The notes beneath the pieces are model-generated. The model did no database searches, was not told the origin of the DNA, and worked only from the letters and a program-made list of their open reading frames with translations. This document shows positions 29,861 to 38,204 of a DNA stretch of 41,314 bases, piece after piece. How positions within the stretch are numbered: the first letter of the stretch is position 1; each line of letters begins with the position of its first letter. Source of the DNA: Bacteroidota bacterium (GTDB lineage: Bacteria; Bacteroidota; Bacteroidia; Chitinophagales; Chitinophagaceae); assembly GCA_043780315.1 (NCBI GenBank), contig JAYWCS010000009.1:1-41314 (forward strand), given 5' to 3'. The position numbers were made by a program, and so were the translations under genes.

Positions 29861-30372
29861 ATGAAGAAAAGTCTTGCATTGCTGCTAATGGGCGGTTGTC
29901 TTCTTATTATGATTTCATGTAAGAAAAGCTCCAGTTCATCTTCCGCCTACTACATGAATGCAAGTTTTGACGGATCTCCTAAACAGTTTAATACGGCAAT
30001 TATCCCGGCTAAGTCAAAATTAGCTGATCCTGTATATAGCCTGGTCATTTCCGGACTAACCACATCCGATCAATGTGCTGTCACTTTATGGTCTGACAAA
30101 GACGATTTTATGCCCGGAAACTGTTATAACATCAATTCGAGTGGCTCGAAAAAAATATTATAACTTATCTATATCCCTTGGGGAGTTCTGATGCGAGCTC
30201 ACAGTGGACTTCTACTTATGATTACAGCCCACAGGCTGATAATTTTCCGTGCACAATAACTGAATTGACTTCGGCCTATATAAAGGGGACTTTCTCCGGC
30301 ACCATTTATCAAAAGACTTCAGCAGTAACTTCGAAGGTCGTTACGGGGGGACATTTTTATGCGGATTTTTAA
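29861..30372 (+). pseudogene. Frameshifted lipoprotein gene (ORFs 29861-30163 and 30178-30372 join if A7 at 30149-30155 were A8)
   Basis: Lipobox MIS-CKKSSSS; one extra A gives ..GSKKNIITYLYPLGSSDASSQW..; C-terminus TITE.T..YIKGTFSG....G.F resembles Bacteroidota beta-rich lipoproteins. Confidence 0.75.
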
Positions 30373-30392
30373 AGAAAAGTGTGAAGATCGAT

Positions 30393-30434
30393 AAAAAATG
30401 GTCGTTTGAGAAAATTCAAACGACCATTTTTTTT
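30393..30434. terminator. Bidirectional intrinsic terminator between convergent genes
   Basis: aaaaaa-tggtcgtttga-gaaaat-tcaaacgacca-tttttttt perfect stem with A and T tails. Confidence 0.9.
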
Positions 30435-30457
30435 AAGTCTTCGGGTACGGATGACCG

Positions 30458-31003
30458 TTATTTCTTTTCGTCGTATTTCTTCTGAGCTTGCTGTGCTTTC
30501 TTAAAATCGAGCACCACGCCGTTAATGCAATATCGCATTCCGGTAGGAGGCGGACCGTCATTAAATACATGTCCAAGATGCGATTTACATCTGCCGCATT
30601 CTACTTCAGTCCTTTCCATTCCAAATGAATTATCCTGGAGATAAATAATACTGGTTTTACTGATGGGTTGATAAAAACTCGGCCAGCCACAACCACTTTC
30701 AAATTTCGTGTCACTTTTAAAAAGAGCATTCCCGCAAACTGCACAATAGTAAGTTCCAATTTCTTTGGAGTGTTCAAAGGCACTTGAGTTGGTTCTTTCA
30801 GTACCTTTTTGCCTTGCAACATAGTAAACATCGGCGGGTAATAATTTTTTCCATTCTTCATCCGATTTATTTACAAAGGACGAATCAGTGTTACCTTTCG
30901 TATTATCCATGGTTATATTTTTATTTTTAGCAGTCTGAGAATAGCACTGTTGAAACAATAATGCCAGCGATAAAATGCCGGCTGTTTTTAATAATTTTAT
31001 CAT
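30458..31003 (-). CDS. msrB: Peptide-methionine (R)-S-oxide reductase with N-terminal export signal
   Basis: GTER, CAVC/CGRC Zn ligands, KFESGCGWPSF, HLGHVF.DGP.PTG.RYCIN. Confidence 0.96.
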   Translation of the reverse strand: MIKLLKTAGILSLALLFQQCYSQTAKNKNITMDNTKGNTDSSFVNKSDEEWKKLLPADVYYVARQKGTERTNSSAFEHSKEIGTYYCAVCGNALFKSDTKFESGCGWPSFYQPISKTSIIYLQDNSFGMERTEVECGRCKSHLGHVFNDGPPPTGMRYCINGVVLDFKKAQQAQKKYDEKK

Positions 31004-31020
31004 ACGTTATAGTTATATAA

Positions 31021-31028
31021 CAAATTTA
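31021..31028 (-). promoter_or_regulatory. Bacteroidota -7 element TAAATTTG for msrB
   Basis: caaattta on the + strand is an exact TAnnTTTG on the - strand, 17 nt upstream of the msrB start. Confidence 0.6.
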
Positions 31029-31169
31029 CGTATCAGGTGTTCATTCAGTTTGTCATATCCTTGACATATGCTGCATTTGGCTTTTTATTATGCTCTGAAA
31101 GCGCAGATTTTCATTCATTTACACCAATTATTCCGCCGCTTTGTTAAAGGAATTATAAGATGTGTACAC

Positions 31170-31177
31170 TATATTTG
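31170..31177 (+). promoter_or_regulatory. Bacteroidota -7 element TATATTTG for adk
   Basis: Exact match 22 nt upstream of the ATG. Confidence 0.6.
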
Positions 31178-31199
31178 TTACTACCCAAGGCGCTAAATT

Positions 31200-31775
31200 A
31201 TGTTCAATATAATTCTATTCGGCCCACCCGGAAGCGGGAAAGGGACGCAGTCTGAAAAACTCATCGCCCTTTATAGTTTTAAACACCTGAGTACGGGAGA
31301 CATTCTGCGAAATGAAATTAAAAACGGGACGACCCTGGGTTTGGAAGCTAAGAACCTGATGGACAAGGGTCAACTCGTGCCCGATGCCGTGGTGATCGGC
31401 ATGATCCGGACCGCCCTGGAACAAAATCAAACGGTAAACGGTTTTCTTTTTGATGGGTTTCCACGTACCAATGCCCAGGCCGACGCACTGGATGCCCTTC
31501 TTACCGAAAAAAATGCGGCTATCCAGGTGGTTCTGGCCCTGCAGGTTTCGAAAACAGAACTCATTAAAAGGCTGCTGAACCGGGGTCTTACGTCGGGCCG
31601 TACAGACGATGTGGACGAATCCGTGATCGGCTCCCGGATAGAAGAATACGAACGGAAAACAGCCGCAGTGGCAGATCATTACAAAAAACTTGACAAGGTC
31701 GTCTATATCTCGGGCGAAGGGAGCGTTGATCAAATATTTGAAAAACTCACCATCGAAATTAACAGGCGGAAATAA
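31200..31775 (+). CDS. adk: Adenylate kinase (short-LID type)
   Basis: GPPGSGKGTQ, HLSTGD, G.LVPD, FDGFPRT, RG..SGR.DD. Confidence 0.97.
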   Translation: MFNIILFGPPGSGKGTQSEKLIALYSFKHLSTGDILRNEIKNGTTLGLEAKNLMDKGQLVPDAVVIGMIRTALEQNQTVNGFLFDGFPRTNAQADALDALLTEKNAAIQVVLALQVSKTELIKRLLNRGLTSGRTDDVDESVIGSRIEEYERKTAAVADHYKKLDKVVYISGEGSVDQIFEKLTIEINRRK

Positions 31776-31856
31776 ATGGGCCCCTAATTATCCTCACGCG
31801 AAGCTCCTGGCGGTGATCCATATTCACATTCTCTCACTATTCACGGCTGCTATCTT

Positions 31857-32705
31857 TTAAAACGCCGCATCTCTTTTCTTAATCGCTTTTTCAACGCGCA
31901 TCGAAATACGAATGCTGATTTCATACAGAACAATTAAGGGAAGCGCCACGATGGTCTGGCTCATCCAGTCCGGCGAAGGGGTGATTACTGCCGCAACAAA
32001 CAGGATGGCGACATAAGCGTATTTACGATAAGTTCGAAGAAAAGCGGGTGTAATCAACCCGATATGAGTCAGGACAAAACTGATCAGGGGAAGCTGAAAG
32101 GCAATACCAGAGCCAATAAGAATATCCAGCAGATTATCCAGATAATCGTCCAGCGTGGGCCGCGTAATCAGCATCCCACTCATCCCGAGTTTATAATTTG
32201 AGAGAAAACTAAAAGTAAAAGGAGCCAGCAGAAAATATCCGAAGGAGATACCAAGCAGGAAGAAAAAAGTGACAAAGAAAATAGATCCACGGGTACTCTT
32301 TACTTCTTTGGCTGAAAGCGCCGGTTTTATAAAACGCCAGAATTCCCAGAATACATACGGGAAGGCGATGATAAATCCGCACACAAAAGCAATCGTGATA
32401 CTGGAAATAAATTGCGATCCGAATGCCGTGGTTTGCAACTGCACATTAGCCGCCGGCAAACAAAGCGTATCTCCGATATGTAAATAGTGGCTCAGCTTAC
32501 ATAGTCCTACGACCGACAAAAAATCTTGTTTCAGCGGACCCATGATAATGTTCTCAAAAATCCAGTCTATTTTAACAAACGCAAGAATGGCAATAATCAT
32601 GATCGCCAGCACCGAACGGACAATATGCCAGCGCAGTGCCTCCAAGTGCTCTATAAAAGACATTTCTGCCTGCCCGGGTGTCCTGTTAAAAAAATTGAAA
32701 GCCAT
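31857..32705 (-). CDS. tatC: Twin-arginine translocase subunit TatC
   Basis: EMSFIEHLEALRW, W.F..PAL...E, FQLP, AA.ITP.PD..SQ, LYEIS. Confidence 0.96.
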   Translation of the reverse strand: MAFNFFNRTPGQAEMSFIEHLEALRWHIVRSVLAIMIIAILAFVKIDWIFENIIMGPLKQDFLSVVGLCKLSHYLHIGDTLCLPAANVQLQTTAFGSQFISSITIAFVCGFIIAFPYVFWEFWRFIKPALSAKEVKSTRGSIFFVTFFFLLGISFGYFLLAPFTFSFLSNYKLGMSGMLITRPTLDDYLDNLLDILIGSGIAFQLPLISFVLTHIGLITPAFLRTYRKYAYVAILFVAAVITPSPDWMSQTIVALPLIVLYEISIRISMRVEKAIKKRDAAF

Positions 32706-32736
32706 AATTCACTGGGTTGCCCTTTGTAAGGCTTCG

Positions 32737-32744
32737 CAAAGGTA
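32737..32744 (-). promoter_or_regulatory. Bacteroidota -7 element TACCTTTG for tatC
   Basis: Exact TAnnTTTG on the - strand, 31 nt upstream of tatC. Confidence 0.6.
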
Positions 32745-32798
32745 AATTGAAAAGAACGTACGGTGAAACTCCACCATAAGTTTTCTAAGCGGGCTCTT

Positions 32799-34076
32799 TT
32801 ACTTCAAAAGCTTCATTTTAACCATTTCGATGCGTGTATCGCTGACGCTGAGGATTTCAAATTCGTAATCGTCAATAATAATATGTTCTTTTAAACGGGG
32901 GATGGCTTCATGCCGGTTAATAATAAAGCCGGATAAGGTTTCAGACTCATTTTCCGGAAACTCCATATCATATTTTTCATTGAGATAATCAAGTTCCAGC
33001 CGACCCGCAAAAATGAATTCGTCGTTGGAGAGTTTCTTTTCTTCAAATTCTTCGGTATCGTATTCATCCCGGATTTCCCCGAAAATTTCTTCCAGCAGAT
33101 CTTCCATCGTAACGATACCTGCCGTTCCACCAAATTCATCCACCACCCAGGCTATACTTTTTCTCTCCCGACTGAATTTGCTGATCAGATCAGTGGCACT
33201 CATACTTTCCGGTACCGCCGGAATCGGAAGCAGAATCGAATGGATCGACAGCGGCATTTTAAACAAGTCCAGCTGATGAATATACCCCAGCACATGATCG
33301 ATATTTCCTTCATACACCACCAGCTTACTCAGTTTGCTACTCATGAATTTTTTTCTGGCATCGTCTATCGTCAGCCGGCTTTCCACCCCTTCAATTTCTT
33401 TTCGGGGAATCAGGCATTCACGCACTTTCACCTTTGGCAATGATAGCGCCGCTTCAAAGAGTTCCGTATTCAGTTCCTGCTGGGGTTCGTCTGATTCGCC
33501 GGTTTGCTGAAAAAAATTACTCAGATCTGCTTTTGCAAACAGATCCTTACGTTCATCGATGCGCACATTGAATACGTACTTCAAAATCCATTCTGAAATG
33601 CGCGTGAAAAAAACCGAAATGGGATAAAATAAATTATAGAAGAAACTGCTCACCGGTGCAAAGAAATCCAGCATGCTGTCGCTCTTCGCGCGAAAAAATG
33701 CTTTTGGAATCAGTTCACCAAAAAACAGGATAAAAATCGTGGAAGTCAGCGTCTCAAACATCAACCGGAAAATATCGACCCATGCCTGCGGCACAACTGT
33801 TTTCTTGATGATAAATTCCCATAAAGGAGATAATGTTTCGCCGACGAGCAGTCCGAAAATGACCAGAAATAAATTAAATCCAATTAATAATGCACTAATA
33901 AACCGACTCGGTGTATCCAAAAAAGCGGACAAGAGAATACTCCGCTCCAGGCCCTGTTTTTTTTTGATCTCAATCGTCAACCGGTTCGCATTGGCGAACG
34001 CGATCTCAATGCCAGAGAAGAAAATGATCATCAGCCAGGCGATGATAATCCAGATCAGGGTATTGGTGTTGATCAT
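32799..34076 (-). CDS. Hemolysin/TlyC-CorC family protein (CNNM + CBS pair + CorC_HlyC)
   Basis: FFSG.E.A, FGELIPK, VVDEFGGTAGIVTMEDLLEEIFGEI.DE.D, ETLSGF; start reassigned to ATG 34076. Confidence 0.93.
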   Translation of the reverse strand: MINTNTLIWIIIAWLMIIFFSGIEIAFANANRLTIEIKKKQGLERSILLSAFLDTPSRFISALLIGFNLFLVIFGLLVGETLSPLWEFIIKKTVVPQAWVDIFRLMFETLTSTIFILFFGELIPKAFFRAKSDSMLDFFAPVSSFFYNLFYPISVFFTRISEWILKYVFNVRIDERKDLFAKADLSNFFQQTGESDEPQQELNTELFEAALSLPKVKVRECLIPRKEIEGVESRLTIDDARKKFMSSKLSKLVVYEGNIDHVLGYIHQLDLFKMPLSIHSILLPIPAVPESMSATDLISKFSRERKSIAWVVDEFGGTAGIVTMEDLLEEIFGEIRDEYDTEEFEEKKLSNDEFIFAGRLELDYLNEKYDMEFPENESETLSGFIINRHEAIPRLKEHIIIDDYEFEILSVSDTRIEMVKMKLLK

Positions 34077-34118
34077 GCAAATACGAATATAAATGGAAAA
34101 ACGGGAAAACAAGAGCGT

Positions 34119-34691
34119 TTACAGGGAGAATCCTTCTTTCACCAGAAATGCCGTGATAATACGACGGGCTTCCTCGCAGGCATATTCCAGTTTATCATTC
34201 ACGATTATAGAATTGAAATGCTGACGGAAAGAGATTTCATAGGCTGCCTTACTTAAACGGTCCTGCAGCGCTTCCGGAGATTCCGTGGCCCGGTATTCGA
34301 GCCGCCGCTTCAGCTCCTCAATGGAAGGAGCCTGCACAAAAATCGAGAGACTGCCTTCAGGATATTGCTCCTGCACATGGATCGCGCCTTTCACATCAAT
34401 ATCCAGAATCGGAATTTTATGATTATCCCGGATGCGTTCTAATTCCGATTTCAATGTGCCATAATACCTGCCTTCATAAACCATCTCCCATTCTATAAAT
34501 TCCTGATTCTGAATTTTATGCTGAAATTCTTCCAGCGTCATAAAGTAATAATCCACCCCGTTTACTTCCCCCGGCCTTTGCGAGCGCGTAGCGGCAGATA
34601 CCGAAAATGCCAGTTGGGGAAAATGGTGCAGCAGATAGCGGGTGATGGAAGTTTTACCTGCGCCCGAGGGTGCCGTTATAATGATCAGCAT
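34119..34691 (-). CDS. gmk: Guanylate kinase
   Basis: APSGAGKT, SVSA.TR..RPGE..GVDYYF, YYGT, DIDVKGA. Confidence 0.97.
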   Translation of the reverse strand: MLIIITAPSGAGKTSITRYLLHHFPQLAFSVSAATRSQRPGEVNGVDYYFMTLEEFQHKIQNQEFIEWEMVYEGRYYGTLKSELERIRDNHKIPILDIDVKGAIHVQEQYPEGSLSIFVQAPSIEELKRRLEYRATESPEALQDRLSKAAYEISFRQHFNSIIVNDKLEYACEEARRIITAFLVKEGFSL

Positions 34692-34700
34692 CGGAAATAT

Positions 34701-36005
34701 TTAAATTCTTTTGATCGAAGCGCCCAGCCGGTTCAGCCGCTCATCTATATATTGATACCCGCGGTCGATCTGATCGATGTTTTGAATAACACTTTTCCCT
34801 TCAGCGCTCATCGCCGCTATCAGCAAAGAAACGCCGGCACGGATATCCGGACTGCTCATCGTGATACCCCGCAGCTTATGCAATCTTGCCAGACCGATCA
34901 CCGCCGCACGGTGCGGATCACAGAGAATGATCTGTGCCCCCATGTCGAGAAGCTTGTCTACAAAAAACAGCCGGCTTTCAAACATCTTCTGATGAATGAG
35001 CACACTACCCTTGGCCTGCGTGGCAATCACCAGCATCACACTGAGCAGATCGGGCGTTAATCCGGGCCAGGGATGATCATATAATGTAAGTACCGAGCCA
35101 TCGAGATAGGTTTGAATCTCATATAAATCCTGCTGCGGTATGTAGATATCGTCGCCCCGGATTTCTAAACGAATGCCCAGCTGGCGGAATTTATCCGGAA
35201 TCTGACCGAGCTCACGTACACAACAATCCTTAATCAGCAATTCACTCTGGGTCATCGCGGCCATGCCGATGAATGAACCAATTTCAATCATGTCTGGCAG
35301 GATCCCGTGTTCGGTGCCACCCAGTTCGCCCACGCCCTCAATCGTTAGCAGGTTACTGCCAATGCCACTGATTTGGGCACCCATGCGGTTCAACATCCCG
35401 CATAGCTGCTGGATATAAGGCTCGCAGGCCGCGTTATAAATCGTTGTTTGGCCGGTCGCCAGACTGGATGCCATCACAATATTGGCCGTTCCCGTTACAG
35501 AAGGTTCTTCCAGCAAAAGATAGGTTCCTTTCAGTTCCGGCGCTTCCAGCCGGAAATAATCGTCCCCTGGATCATAGGAGAACCGGGCACCCAATTTCTC
35601 AAAACCCATCATATGAGTGTCGAGTCTTCGACGGCCGATTTTATCACCCCCAGGTTTGGGAACATAGGCTTTTTTAAAACGGGCCAGCAACGGGCCGGCC
35701 AACATAACGGCACCACGCAATCTGCCGCTCTTTTTCCGAAAGGTTTCACTAGTGAGATATTCCACATGTACATCGTCGGCCTGAAAATGGCAGACATGAC
35801 GGGAAGGTCTTTCAATTTTCACTCCCATCTCCTGCAGCAGTTCGATCAGGAGATTCACATCAAGGATATCAGGGATATTTGAAATCGTGATCCGGCCCCT
35901 TGAAAGTAATACAGCACTGATCACCTGCAGCGCTTCATTCTTAGCCCCCTGAGGTATGATCTCTCCTTTCAACCGTTTTCCACCGGTCACTTCAAAGGAA
36001 TTCAC
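34701..36005 (-). CDS. murA: UDP-N-acetylglucosamine 1-carboxyvinyltransferase (Asp-type active site; GTG start)
   Basis: GAKN, PGGDKIGRR, SVTGT.N, NAACEP, FESR, DIRAG, IDRGY. Confidence 0.97.
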   Translation of the reverse strand: MNSFEVTGGKRLKGEIIPQGAKNEALQVISAVLLSRGRITISNIPDILDVNLLIELLQEMGVKIERPSRHVCHFQADDVHVEYLTSETFRKKSGRLRGAVMLAGPLLARFKKAYVPKPGGDKIGRRRLDTHMMGFEKLGARFSYDPGDDYFRLEAPELKGTYLLLEEPSVTGTANIVMASSLATGQTTIYNAACEPYIQQLCGMLNRMGAQISGIGSNLLTIEGVGELGGTEHGILPDMIEIGSFIGMAAMTQSELLIKDCCVRELGQIPDKFRQLGIRLEIRGDDIYIPQQDLYEIQTYLDGSVLTLYDHPWPGLTPDLLSVMLVIATQAKGSVLIHQKMFESRLFFVDKLLDMGAQIILCDPHRAAVIGLARLHKLRGITMSSPDIRAGVSLLIAAMSAEGKSVIQNIDQIDRGYQYIDERLNRLGASIKRI

Positions 36006-36758
36006 TTAATATCTTTTCTTTTTGAATTTGCTGCGATCGTTGTTGTTGCGGTCGTTATTACGATCGTTGGGATTGCGATCGTTGGAGTTGCGATCGTTGG
36101 AGTTGCGATCGTTTGGATTCCGGTTGTTATTATTTCGCTGAAACTTCTGATTGTTATTATTTCGCTTGTTCCGATCGTACCCATATCCGTTGCTACTTCT
36201 TTCACGGGTATCGCTCGGACGGAAACTGCGCACAAACGGCGTATTGGTAAATTCCAGTTGCCCGTTCGTGATCACATTAAGTTCGCCCTGTATTGCATCA
36301 TCATGAACCGTTTCCTTATGCCAGTTATTATAGGCCAGCTTCATGTAATAAGCGATGGCATTGGCAAATCCATTCTTCTTTTCTGGATTTTCTTCCATCA
36401 GGGCTTTATCAATAATCAGCTCGAGGTTTTTACCCAGATGCGCATGTTTCGGATAACGCTTTGGGTAAGGCATTACATCCGTTTTTGGCTTCAGTGTTTC
36501 TGCCGTCGGTATTGGATAGGGTGAAGACACATCGAGCTTGAAATCAGAAATCAGGAAAAGGTGATCCCATAATTTATGGCGGAAGTCTTCCACATTTTTC
36601 AGGTGTGGATTAAGAAATCCCATCAATTCAATCACGATAGACGCATTCCTTTCACGCACTTCCAAATCTTCGATCGTGAGCAGGTACTCAATCATCCGCT
36701 GGATGTGGCGGCCGTATTCCCGCATAATCAAATGATTACGCGTAGTATTGTATTCCAT
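36006..36758 (-). CDS. DUF4290 domain protein with R/N/D low-complexity tail
   Basis: MEYNT.R..L...EYGR.IQ.M, HKLWDHL..ISDF.LDV.SPYP; alternative start at 36770; commonly upstream of murA in Bacteroidota. Confidence 0.9.
   Translation of the reverse strand: MEYNTTRNHLIMREYGRHIQRMIEYLLTIEDLEVRERNASIVIELMGFLNPHLKNVEDFRHKLWDHLFLISDFKLDVSSPYPIPTAETLKPKTDVMPYPKRYPKHAHLGKNLELIIDKALMEENPEKKNGFANAIAYYMKLAYNNWHKETVHDDAIQGELNVITNGQLEFTNTPFVRSFRPSDTRERSSNGYGYDRNKRNNNNQKFQRNNNNRNPNDRNSNDRNSNDRNPNDRNNDRNNNDRSKFKKKRY
36061..36120 (-). repeat. Intragenic 15-bp tandem repeat x4 encoding N(P/S)NDR
   Basis: cgatcgttgggattg / cgatcgttggagttg x2 / cgatcgtttggattc. Confidence 0.85.
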
Positions 36759-36780
36759 TCTTTGAAGCATTTTAACCAAA

Positions 36781-36788
36781 CAAATCTA
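36781..36788 (-). promoter_or_regulatory. Bacteroidota -7 element TAGATTTG for DUF4290-murA-gmk
   Basis: Exact TAnnTTTG on the - strand. Confidence 0.55.
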
Positions 36789-36798
36789 CGGAAAAAAA

Positions 36799-37980
36799 TC
36801 AGTTCACGAGCACCTTGGTCAGGAACTGCTTGTTATTGGCTATATCCACCACCCGCAGGAAATAGATTCCGCTGGCTGGTTTATTTGCCAATTCCATACT
36901 GGTTATATTGCTTCCACTGAGAGAAACCGCTTTTTTTACGACGATCTGACCGATGGTACTCACCAGTTCCAAACTAAAATGACCCGTCTGTTTTTCATCA
37001 AACTGAATAGTCACCTGTTGGTTAACGGGATTTGGATAAATCTGAATTCCGGGTGCCCGGTCCGCCTGTTCCATATTAATTACTTTGACGACCGAATAGA
37101 CGACGTTTCCTTCAGCATCTATTCGTTTGATACGGAAGTATATGTCCCCCAGACCAGCTGAAGCAGGGTTGTATTGATACTGGTACTGTGCAACAGTACC
37201 TGCCGGAGCAGATCCAGCGGGTACCGTGCCGGCAGTCTGCCAGTGATCTCCGTCTGTGCTGTAATCGATTTCATAGACTATATCTTTTTGGTCGGTTGTT
37301 CCCAGCCATTGTAGTGAAATAATGCCGTTTCTTTTGTAGACTGAAAAATTGCTGATGCTGGTTCCAAGCGCTACGGCCGGGCACCAGTAATAAGTTAGTT
37401 TCATGGTCCCTCCAATTACCGTGGCCACCGAAGACTTATAATTCGATCCCCCCAGCACCGTGATCATTCCACCGTTGATGGCGTAGGCGAAATTTACAGT
37501 ACCCGTTCCCAGATAGGCCGCGTTACCTCCGGTGGACGCAAAACCAGTAGGGTTCGTAATGATATTTTCCGGCCCATAAGTTATTGAATCACCCGGAAAT
37601 CCCAGCGCCGCCAAGGTATCGATGCCATGTATGGCATTATAAACATGGGTCATTGAAATGCCCGGACCGGAAATCGAATTTGAAAGTGTTAACGAGAACA
37701 GGAAGGCGTTACTATACGGATTGGTGTTCAGTGCTCCGGTTACCGAAGATCCGACGATTGTATCGTGTAACGACACACAGCTTAGGTTGCCGATTGACGG
37801 ATCGAATTGTTGAAATACAAAATTGAGTGTACTCTGCGTTGTCGGCGTTATGGTTATTGTCTGATCAGCGGCGGTTGCCGGAATTCCACCGGTACATAAA
37901 CATTGCGCGAGTAAAGAAGAATGGTTGAAAAAACAACAGCACGCAAAAAGCATGAACCCCTTAAAGTAAAGATGTTTCAT
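36799..37980 (-). CDS. T9SS type A sorting-domain protein, probable choice-of-anchor E N-terminal domain
   Basis: Signal peptide; F.QFDPSIG.L..V.L; Ig-like F.....I.L.W..YFRIK.ID..G...YS; CTD IYPNPV...SGIYFL....KVL. Confidence 0.85.
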   Translation of the reverse strand: MKHLYFKGFMLFACCCFFNHSSLLAQCLCTGGIPATAADQTITITPTTQSTLNFVFQQFDPSIGNLSCVSLHDTIVGSSVTGALNTNPYSNAFLFSLTLSNSISGPGISMTHVYNAIHGIDTLAALGFPGDSITYGPENIITNPTGFASTGGNAAYLGTGTVNFAYAINGGMITVLGGSNYKSSVATVIGGTMKLTYYWCPAVALGTSISNFSVYKRNGIISLQWLGTTDQKDIVYEIDYSTDGDHWQTAGTVPAGSAPAGTVAQYQYQYNPASAGLGDIYFRIKRIDAEGNVVYSVVKVINMEQADRAPGIQIYPNPVNQQVTIQFDEKQTGHFSLELVSTIGQIVVKKAVSLSGSNITSMELANKPASGIYFLRVVDIANNKQFLTKVLVN

Positions 37981-37993
37981 AGATACGGATTTT

Positions 37994-38021
37994 GATGACG
38001 GATGACGGATGACGGAAAACG
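37994..38021 (-). repeat. Heptamer tandem repeat (CGTCATC x3 plus one degenerate unit) in the 5' leader of the T9SS gene
   Basis: gatgacg x3 + gaaaacg on the + strand, 13 nt from the start codon. Confidence 0.85.
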
Positions 38022-38124
38022 AATCAGGGTAAAAATATCTAATATGCGACTGGTATCACAGCGCATAAGTACTTGAAGGAACGCATCGTAATTTCCGCAG
38101 TTCGCCGACCAACAGCAGCCGGCA

Positions 38125-38154
38125 GGGAAAACAACTGTTTTCCCACTAACTTCG
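38125..38154 (+). promoter_or_regulatory. 20-bp inverted repeat GGGAAAACA-AC-TGTTTTCCC next to a -7-like element TAACTTCG upstream of gldC
   Basis: Perfect 9-bp arms; no U-tract. Confidence 0.5.
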
Positions 38155-38204
38155 CATTTTTAAGCCCTTATTTTAAAGGTGACAGCTTAAAATCATTGAC
38201 TAAA

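Noticed and set aside
31776-31856. tattcac/ctcac quasi-repeats between adk and tatC
   Set aside because: Too short and degenerate to call a repeat or terminator
31857-32705. tatC without adjacent tatA/tatB
   Set aside because: Dispersed tat genes are ordinary in Bacteroidota
34518-35060. 180-aa antisense ORF, and the many other 60-170 aa shadow ORFs in the track
   Set aside because: They lie opposite or out of frame within well-supported genes and have no recognisable motifs
36002-36235. 77-aa T/I/A-repeat ORF resembling an antifreeze or mucin-like peptide
   Set aside because: It is an alternative frame of the DUF4290 low-complexity tail
38073-38204. 44-aa N-terminal extension of GldC
   Set aside because: GldC similarity begins at Met 38205; the extension covers promoter and palindrome sequence
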